NCBI GenBank assembly: GCA_040901675.1
Contig: JBBDYJ010000010.1
Coordinates: forward strand, 44,211 to 108,210
Source of the DNA: Pirellulales bacterium
GTDB taxonomy: Bacteria; Planctomycetota; Planctomycetia; Pirellulales; JAICIG01
Reading direction: 5' to 3'
DNA: 64,000 nucleotides
The notes beneath the pieces are model-generated. The model was given only the letters and a program-made list of their open reading frames with translations, ran no database searches and was not told the origin of the DNA. Positions 57,188-64,000 of the stretch are shown here, in pieces. Position 1 is the stretch's first letter, and each line of letters begins with the position of its first letter. Position numbers and translations under genes: made by a program.

Positions 57188-57475
57188 ATGGATCTCAGAC
57201 CCGACCTGCTCAGGGCGACGCTGCGCGGCACAAGAACCGGAGCACTCGTCGGCGGCGGCTTGGGATTGTGCCTTGTCCTATCCGGGCTGGCCTTCGGCCT
57301 ATTCAAGGTATGGCATGATTCTAAGGTGCTGGTTGAGCCGCTCGGTTTTCCATCCCCGTCGGTGTTCTTCGTGTCCGCCTTGTCCGAGCGTGGTTCGGCC
57401 GTGGCAGCTTTCACACTGCTCGGGGCAGTTTTCGGGGGGATGCTCGGAGCTGCGCGCGGCTACGGCCGCCGCTGA
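57188..57475 (+). CDS. Small two-TM hypothetical protein (Gly-zipper-like)
   Basis: GALVGGGLG.. and LLGAVFGGMLGA hydrophobic segments. Confidence 0.5.
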   Translation: MDLRPDLLRATLRGTRTGALVGGGLGLCLVLSGLAFGLFKVWHDSKVLVEPLGFPSPSVFFVSALSERGSAVAAFTLLGAVFGGMLGAARGYGRR

Positions 57476-57521
57476 ACTCGGGTTTTCTTTCTCGGCCGGC
57501 ACCTCATGCTAAACTGGAGGC

Positions 57522-57905
57522 ATGGCGACAACGGACACCATCAACGCCGATCCAGCCGGGATGGACGAGAACCCGTACAAGGCGCCGCAGGCGGACCAAA
57601 CGAGCGCCGGATCATACTCTCGCGCCGTATACCTTGTGCGCACCGCCTTGAGCATGTTCCTTCTCGCTCTGGGCATCATTGCGGTGAGCGCCGTAGGCGG
57701 ATGCGTTGCCGGCGGGGTAGGGGGGATCATCGCCCTGCCGTTCATTCCACGGCACGTAACCCGGGGATGCGGCAATACCATTACTGACCCCGCCATGCTA
57801 CTTGGCATGGTCGCGGGAACGGCTTTTGGCTTGGTAATGACCGTGCGGACGATTGGTCGTTACGCCCGCCGTTCCTTCGCCGCAGATGGCGGCAGCAGCC
57901 GATAA
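57522..57905 (+). CDS. Small membrane protein with NPYxAP motif
   Basis: DENPYKAPQ then TM segments; GGAGGG RBS. Confidence 0.65.
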   Translation: MATTDTINADPAGMDENPYKAPQADQTSAGSYSRAVYLVRTALSMFLLALGIIAVSAVGGCVAGGVGGIIALPFIPRHVTRGCGNTITDPAMLLGMVAGTAFGLVMTVRTIGRYARRSFAADGGSSR

Positions 57906-57934
57906 ATATCAGCTTCGACGCACTCGACCCATTT

Positions 57935-58339
57935 GCACCCCAAGGCCCGACTTTTTGGCCGTCACGCGGAGCTGCCCCGCCGGCCGCTGGGGCGGAGCAA
58001 ACTGGGGCACGCTTACCGCTTTGCCCCAGGCACCCGTGGCGGAGAGGCGCCTTCGCCGCTACCTTTGGCCCTCGTCGTCCACGAGTCAGACTGGAGGCTG
58101 AAGACTGGAGACTGAAGGAAGAGGGACGACGAAGACTGGGGCACGCTTATCGCTTTGCCCCAGGCACCCGACGGTGCTTGATGAACGCCCCCGCGGCCGC
58201 GTTCGTCAAGCGGTGGCACCCAAGGCCCCAGTTTTTGGCCGTCACGCGTGGCGGCGACCCGCCGCCCGCGAGGATCAGCCGAAAAACAACTTCCTCACAT
58301 TGCAACTGGGGCACGCTTATCGCTTTGCCCCAGGCACCC
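57935..58339 (+). repeat. Composite REP cluster with three CTGGGGCA hairpins
   Basis: Hairpins 58002-58035, 58136-58169, 58306-58339; duplicated flank CCAAGGCCC..TTTTTGGCCGTCACGCG; flank 58271-58305 similar to 21586-21620. Confidence 0.9.
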
Positions 58340-58363
58340 AGATCGCTGGTGCCGAAAGGCGGA

Positions 58364-60616
58364 TCACTCCACTTTTAATTCCAGCGGGATGCGGCGGTGC
58401 TGCGCGTTCGCGTCCAGCTCGATCGGAAGAGTCCAGACTACGCTGCCTACCTTGCACAGCCCCTCGGACCCTTCCTGGCAGTAGTAGTAAGTCAACGAGA
58501 CCTTGAGCGTCTCCCGACCGGTGTCGGCGGTGACGGGCAGGCTGATCGTAAACGACTTGCCCGGCTCGTCGAGCTGGACCGGCTTGCCCAGCGCTTCGCG
58601 GCTGACAGACCCTTGGCCATCGGCCGCCTCAACCCGGTAGCGCATCGGCGCCAGCGGGTTCATCTTGTAGCCGGGGGGCAGCTCGATCTGGACGGCAAGC
58701 TCGATCGCCTGCCCGCTGGGGCTGACCTTGGCTGGTGGCAGCTCGATTTGCGTGGCGCCGACCAGCGAGTCGCGGGGCTCGGGATCGGGCAGCTTGGGTG
58801 GCTCCAGCCCGGCAATTTCCAGCGTGGCCACCTGGCTGGTTTCCAGGTCGATCGTGCGGATCAGGTGATTGTTCGTGTCGGCCACGTAGAGCTTGCCGCC
58901 CGCCGCGCTGATGCCGGCCGGCTCGTCGAACCTGGCCGGCTCGTCCTCGCGGCCGGACCGCCCGTCGCCGGCCAGCGTCGTCGACGTGGACGTGCCCGGG
59001 TCGATCACCTTGATCTTGTTGTTGTAGGTGTCGGCCACGTACAGCAGGCCGCCCTGGAATACCACTCCCAGGGCGTGCTGCAACCGCACCTCGGTCCCCT
59101 GGCCGTCGACGTCGCCGAAGTCGAAGAGGCGGCCGGCCTGCAGATGCGAGGTGCCGACCACCGTGCCCACTTCTCCGGCCGGATCGAAGGGAACCCGGCG
59201 GATGGAGCTTCCCTCGCTGTCGGCCACATACAGCCAGGTGCCGTCGGATGCCAGGCCGCTGGGCTGCGCGAAAGAGGAAAAGCCCTCCTGGTAAGGTTGC
59301 TCGGGCAAGAGCGGACCATCGACGATATCCTCCCGGCCGTTGCCCGCATACGGCCCGATCTCGGACTCGTCGAGCGGCATTTTCCAAATCTGGTGGGGGC
59401 CGGCCATGGCAATGTACAAGGCATCCTGGTGGACCCACAAAGCCCATGGGCTGGCGAGCCCGGTTTCCAGCGGCTTGCCCACGAAACGTTCCGGCAGCTC
59501 CTGGCCATCCAGTCCCGGCCACGGGTTGCGGCCCTGCTTGCCGTGGCCGGCGATCGTGGTCACTTGCTTGCGCTCGAGGTCCACCTTGCGCAGCAAGTGG
59601 TTCTCGGTGTCGGCCACGTAGAGGGTCGAGCCCGACAGCGCCATGCCCTGCAGGTGGTTGAACGTGGCCGTGGCAAAGTCGCCGTCGTCCGCCCCCATGC
59701 GGCCGGAACCGATCGTCTCCAATAGCGTGCCGTCGAGCCGGGTGACCACGATCCGGTTGTGGTTCGAATCGGCAATGAACAACCGGCCGCCTTGCTCGTC
59801 GGCCAGGATCTTGCCCGGAAAACGCAGCGGCGTTTTATCGGCCCGGTACGCCTCCAGGTCGAACCTCAACGGCGTTTCATCGAGCACGCCCTTGGCCTTG
59901 TAATACGGTATGGCCCGCTTCAGAAAACGGTCGAGGATTTCGAACGGTATCTCTCCCGAATCGCCGGCCACCAGGTTGCCTTCAGGATCGATGATCCTCA
60001 GGCTGGGCCAACTGTTGACCGCGTAGTTCTGCCAGATGACGTGATTGGCGTCGTTGACCACCGGGTGCTCGATCTCGTAGCGCAGCACGGCGTCGGTGAT
60101 GTTCTTGGTGTCTTGCTCGTTCTCGAACTTGGCCGAGTGGACGCCGATGACCACCAGCTCGTTGGGATAGGCGGCCTCCAGCTTCTTCAACTCGGGCAGG
60201 ATGTGCATGCAGTTGATGCAGCAGTAAGTCCAGAAGTCCAAGAGCACGAACTTGCCTTTCAAGTCGGCCAGTTCCAGTGGGCCCGCCGTGTTGATCCATC
60301 CCAGGCCGCCTGTAAGCTCCGGCGCCTTGATTCTGTGGGGAAACGGGTGCTGGTGCATCGGCTCGTCATCCTGGGGGCCCTGGGGCGCTTCCGGCTGGCG
60401 GCGGTCGGGCTGCGTTGTTTCCGGCCGGCCTGCTTCCTGATGGCTTGCTTCCGGCCGGGCCGCTGCCTGGGGGGTTTTGGCTTGTGCAGGCGTGGCCTCG
60501 GGCTGCCTGGCCTGGCTGGCCGAGGGACCGACGCTAGCGTCCGTGCAGCCGGGGGCGGGTATGGCCGCCAGAATGCCCAAGGCCATCAAGTTCAACGACC
60601 ATCCGGGATGTCTCAT
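58364..60616 (-). CDS. Thioredoxin-like + NHL-repeat protein (SOQ1/NHLRC2-like architecture), probable lipoprotein
   Basis: LDFWTYCCINCMH, GVHSAKF; repeated LYVADT(E/Y/N)N NHL motifs; C-terminal YYYCQEGSEGLC. Confidence 0.9.
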   Translation of the reverse strand: MRHPGWSLNLMALGILAAIPAPGCTDASVGPSASQARQPEATPAQAKTPQAAARPEASHQEAGRPETTQPDRRQPEAPQGPQDDEPMHQHPFPHRIKAPELTGGLGWINTAGPLELADLKGKFVLLDFWTYCCINCMHILPELKKLEAAYPNELVVIGVHSAKFENEQDTKNITDAVLRYEIEHPVVNDANHVIWQNYAVNSWPSLRIIDPEGNLVAGDSGEIPFEILDRFLKRAIPYYKAKGVLDETPLRFDLEAYRADKTPLRFPGKILADEQGGRLFIADSNHNRIVVTRLDGTLLETIGSGRMGADDGDFATATFNHLQGMALSGSTLYVADTENHLLRKVDLERKQVTTIAGHGKQGRNPWPGLDGQELPERFVGKPLETGLASPWALWVHQDALYIAMAGPHQIWKMPLDESEIGPYAGNGREDIVDGPLLPEQPYQEGFSSFAQPSGLASDGTWLYVADSEGSSIRRVPFDPAGEVGTVVGTSHLQAGRLFDFGDVDGQGTEVRLQHALGVVFQGGLLYVADTYNNKIKVIDPGTSTSTTLAGDGRSGREDEPARFDEPAGISAAGGKLYVADTNNHLIRTIDLETSQVATLEIAGLEPPKLPDPEPRDSLVGATQIELPPAKVSPSGQAIELAVQIELPPGYKMNPLAPMRYRVEAADGQGSVSREALGKPVQLDEPGKSFTISLPVTADTGRETLKVSLTYYYCQEGSEGLCKVGSVVWTLPIELDANAQHRRIPLELKVE

Positions 60617-60934
60617 CCAAAGCTCCCACTGCGAAGAAAGGCCAGAAGCCGCCGGTCAATCCGCCGGCGAGCCAGTTTACCCCAATTGTAAGCGGAGTAG
60701 ATTGCAAAGTGGTAACGCGTTTAACGGGTTTAGCGAGGCTTCCCAGGCTTCCTGGGTTAACAGGCTCTCAGAACGAGGTTAGAGTTTGGGCCACGGACCG
60801 GCCGAATTCTGATGGTATCCACCTGCCCAGCGCGTAACAGCCATGCCGTAGCGAAGTTGACACATTTTCGACAGCGGCGTATGGTTCGCGTCCCCGATCC
60901 AGCGACCTGAGAACGACCCGGAGGTGATTTTCCC

Positions 60935-61948
60935 GTGCTGCGCACTGTCTTCGCCGCCCTGGTAATGCTGTCGGCCTGCGGCCCCGTGGCGTTGGGCCAG
61001 GAGTGGGCCCGCAAGATGTTCGAGACGACCAGCCACGATTTCGGGGCGGTGCCGCGAGGGGCTAAAGTCGAATACCAGTTCAAGTTATCGAACCTCTATC
61101 AGGAAGACATCCATATTGCCGGCGTGCGTTCGAGCTGCGGTTGCACGACTCCCTCGATTACCGAGGACACGCTGAAGACCTACGAGACCAGCACCATCGT
61201 GGCTGCCTTCAATACGCGAAACTTTTTGGGGCAGAAGAAGGCCACGGTCACGGTGACCATCGATCAGCCGTTTTATGCCGAGGTCCAGTTGCACGTTGCG
61301 GGCTATATCCGCAGCGACGTCGTGTTGTATCCGGGAGCGGTGGAGTTTGGCAGCGTGGACCAGGGCTCGACGGCGGAGAAGACGATCAAGATCACCTACG
61401 CCGGACGCAGCGATTGGCAAATCGTCGATGTCAGGCCCCCCCCGTTCCTGGATGCCAGTGTCCGTGAAACGGGACGCGGCAACGGCCAGGTGACCTACGA
61501 TCTGCACGTGCGTCTCAAGCCCGAGGCGCCGGCGGGGTTCGTCAAGCAGCAATTGATGCTGGTAACCAACGACCGGCGGGCGACCCAGTTGCCGGTCGAC
61601 GTGGAAGGCCGGATCGTCTCGGAGCTGACGATTAGCCCCGCCTCGCTGTTCATGGGCTCCTTGAAGCCGGGGCAGAAGGTGACCAAGCAGCTCGTGGTGC
61701 AGTGCAAGAAGCCGTTCCGGATCACGGCAGTCACCTGCGGCAGCGAGTCGTTCAAGATGCAAGCACTCGAGGTGGCCAAACCGGTCCACCTGGTGCCGGT
61801 GACGTTCGTTGCCGGTGACAAACCCGGCAAGGTCACTTACCGGATCCGCATTGAAACCGACCTGGGCGAGGACGTGGCTTCCGAACTTTCGGCGTATGCC
61901 CAGGTTCTCGAGGTCGAGGAGACCGAGCCGGCCGACGCCGCTCCCTAG
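60935..61948 (+). CDS. DUF1573 domain-containing secreted protein
   Basis: Signal peptide; WARKMF..HDFG, VRSSCGCT. Confidence 0.88.
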   Translation: MLRTVFAALVMLSACGPVALGQEWARKMFETTSHDFGAVPRGAKVEYQFKLSNLYQEDIHIAGVRSSCGCTTPSITEDTLKTYETSTIVAAFNTRNFLGQKKATVTVTIDQPFYAEVQLHVAGYIRSDVVLYPGAVEFGSVDQGSTAEKTIKITYAGRSDWQIVDVRPPPFLDASVRETGRGNGQVTYDLHVRLKPEAPAGFVKQQLMLVTNDRRATQLPVDVEGRIVSELTISPASLFMGSLKPGQKVTKQLVVQCKKPFRITAVTCGSESFKMQALEVAKPVHLVPVTFVAGDKPGKVTYRIRIETDLGEDVASELSAYAQVLEVEETEPADAAP

Positions 61949-61966
61949 GCGGCCGGCATCGAACCG

Positions 61967-62036
61967 CGGCGGGCGGCAGGGAGCCTGGCGGGCAGCAGGG
62001 GGCCTGGCGGGCGGCGGGGGAGCCTGGCGGGCGGCA
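61967..62036. repeat. Short GC-rich tandem repeat (~19-20 bp unit) between convergent genes
   Basis: GGCGGGC(G/A)GC..GGG(A/G)GCCT repeated about 3.5 times. Confidence 0.7.
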
Positions 62037-62044
62037 GCGGCCGG

Positions 62045-62593
62045 CTACTCGTACTTGAGCAGGCTGAAGGCCTCGTAAGGCGCGATCTTTTTCGCTCCAC
62101 CCAGGGCGGTCAGTTCGATCACAAAGGCGCAACCGGCGACGTCGGCGCCGGCCCGCTCGACCAGCCGCAAACAGGCCTCCATGGTTCCACCCGTGGCCAG
62201 CAGGTCGTCGACCAGCAGCACGCGTTGGCCGGAGGCAATGCCGTCGGTGTGGACTTCGAGCGTGTCGGTTCCGTACTCCAGCTCGTAATGGAAGGCGTGG
62301 GTGTCGAACGGCAATTTGCCCGGCTTGCGAACGGGGACAAACCCGGCCTTGAGCTCCAAAGCCAAGGGGGCGGCGAAGATGAATCCGCGTGCTTCGGCGG
62401 CGGCGACCACGTCGACCTTGGCCTGGCGGTAATGGTCGGCAAGGCGGCGGACCGCCTCGCAAAAGGCGGCTGGATGCGCCAACAGCGGCGTGATGTCGCG
62501 GAACAGGATTCCCGGCTTGGGAAAATCGGGGATCGAGCGGACAAACATGGCCAGGTCGGGGGCGGCGGCTACACTCATCGGTTTACTGCTCAT
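62045..62593 (-). CDS. apt: Adenine phosphoribosyltransferase
   Basis: [44 protein letters not shown]. Confidence 0.97.
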   Translation of the reverse strand: MSSKPMSVAAAPDLAMFVRSIPDFPKPGILFRDITPLLAHPAAFCEAVRRLADHYRQAKVDVVAAAEARGFIFAAPLALELKAGFVPVRKPGKLPFDTHAFHYELEYGTDTLEVHTDGIASGQRVLLVDDLLATGGTMEACLRLVERAGADVAGCAFVIELTALGGAKKIAPYEAFSLLKYE

Positions 62594-62889
62594 GGAAGCG
62601 ACTCCCCGAGGCGGCCCAGCGGCTGAGGCGCCCGCGGAATCCAGGCGCTGCCGAATATATACACCGCAACTGCCGGGCAAGCCAGCCAGCACCCCGGCCG
62701 GAGTGCCAAGAGACTCAGGGAGCAACGGTTGGACCGGGCTAACGGGCTAGACCAAACGGGGGGGTATGCCGGCGAGCAAGTCGAAGACCGCGGCCCTTGC
62801 GGGATTGGATGCCGGGAAGCAAACTAGCAAGGAACGCGGGCGCGAGCCCACGGCGTGGTTCGCTAGTCTGATCCAGCTAAGGGAGCCGT

Positions 62890-64000
62890 ATGTCGATCGA
62901 CCCGGAAGTGATTCGAGCCGAGTTCCATGTGGTCATCGCCCGCGTGATCGAGGAAAACGCCGGAGTGATCATCGATCGCTGGCGGCGGCGAGCGGTGGCC
63001 GAGCAGCCCAACGCGCGGCGGGTGCACGAACAAGCTGTGCTGGACCATCTGCCCGACTTGCTGCGAGCCATCGGTCAAAGCCTGCGGTCGCGGGATCCCG
63101 GCGCGGAACCTTACGAGCGTCCGGCGCGTCAGCATGGCGGCCAGCGATGGGACACCGGCTGGTCGCTGACGGAACTAGTCCGTGATTACCAGATTCTGCG
63201 GCTCGTGCTGTTAGAGTTTATCGAGGAGTCGCTCGATCGGCCGCCGAGCGTCCGCGAATGGATGGCAATTGGACTGGCTCTCGATGAAACAATCGGGACC
63301 AGCGTGCAGACGTACGTCGACCACCGCGAAGCGGAGACCCGTGACCTCGAGCGCAGGCGCGTTGAGCAGGAGCGGGCCCTGCAGGAGAGTTATCAGCAGG
63401 CCCTGCTGGAGCAAGCCGAGGCGCTGAAGAAGAACGACCGGCACAAGAACGAATTCCTGGCACTGCTCGGGCACGAATTGCGCAATCCGCTGGGCGCGAT
63501 GTCCAATGCGCTGGAGCTGACGCGCGTGCTCGATCCGGAGGATCCCGACTTCCGCCAGGCATCGGAGATCCTGAAGCGCCAGTTGCACCAGATGGAACGC
63601 CTGGTCGATGATTTGCTCGACATTTCGCGGATCAGCCGGGGCGTCATCGAACTGAAGATGCAGCCGGTCGAGCTGGCCACCGCCATGAGAGACGCCGATT
63701 CGGCGGCCCGGCCCCTGGCCGAGGCGCGCGGGCACCAGCTTCACCTGGAGCTGCCGGCCCGGCCCATCTTGCTCGACGCCGATCCTGCCCGGCTCCAGCA
63801 GGTCCTCATGAACCTGCTGATCAATGCCGTCAAGTACACGCCCGGCAGTGGGCACATCTGGCTTTCCGGAGAAGTCGTCGGCGATCGCGCCGTGATCCGC
63901 GTGAAGGACGACGGCATCGGCATCCCGGCCGAAATGCTGCCCGACATCTTCGATTTGTTCATGCAGGCGCAGCCGGCCAGCCGTCATAGCGAAGGCGGAC
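62890..64000 (+). CDS. Sensor histidine kinase with N-terminal RsbRD_N/globin-like helical domain (runs off window; not in ORF track)
   Basis: Translated by hand: MSIDPEV..HGGQRWDTGWSLTELVRDYQILR; KNEFLALLGHELRNPL; QVLMNLLINAVKYT; VKDDGIGIP; FDLF. Confidence 0.9.
   Translation, partial: MSIDPEVIRAEFHVVIARVIEENAGVIIDRWRRRAVAEQPNARRVHEQAVLDHLPDLLRAIGQSLRSRDPGAEPYERPARQHGGQRWDTGWSLTELVRDYQILRLVLLEFIEESLDRPPSVREWMAIGLALDETIGTSVQTYVDHREAETRDLERRRVEQERALQESYQQALLEQAEALKKNDRHKNEFLALLGHELRNPLGAMSNALELTRVLDPEDPDFRQASEILKRQLHQMERLVDDLLDISRISRGVIELKMQPVELATAMRDADSAARPLAEARGHQLHLELPARPILLDADPARLQQVLMNLLINAVKYTPGSGHIWLSGEVVGDRAVIRVKDDGIGIPAEMLPDIFDLFMQAQPASRHSEGG

Noticed and set aside
56636..57934. Small-ORF island as an integron cassette array
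   Set aside because: No AAC..GTT attC-like palindromes seen between the ORFs

Overview
High-GC bacterial window, very probably Planctomycetota (Pirellulales-like). The call rests on DUF1570 and DUF1573 proteins, planctomycete-type vWA and CRTAC1 proteins, NPY-motif membrane proteins and an ffh-rpsP-trmD-rplS operon without rimM. The backbone is housekeeping and transport: mutY, feoA-feoA-feoB, M32 carboxypeptidase, a PIG-L deacetylase, Hsp70, SLC13/DASS, three MFS, an MMPL/HpnN-like transporter, apt, and a histidine kinase cut by the window end. Accessory material includes: (i) an ~8 kb Rhs polymorphic-toxin island (2054-aa Rhs with an HNH-like tip, a CxxC immunity gene and a mosaic 765-bp duplicate of the Rhs core); (ii) an Imm26-like orphan gene; (iii) a lone integron-type cassette (epimerase plus attC-like site); (iv) a Panacea antitoxin plus frameshifted RelE-like toxin island upstream of ffh; and (v) several REP-like palindrome families and 7-8-mer simple repeats. 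The best candidates for uncharacterised systems are the Rhs locus with a planctomycete-style N-terminal motif, a divergent J-like/WD40 - atypical Hsp70 - triple-GYF module, and a beta-helix/diheme cytochrome c fusion. I recognised no rRNA, tRNA, CRISPR array or transposase. All family assignments come from motif recognition by eye, not database searches.
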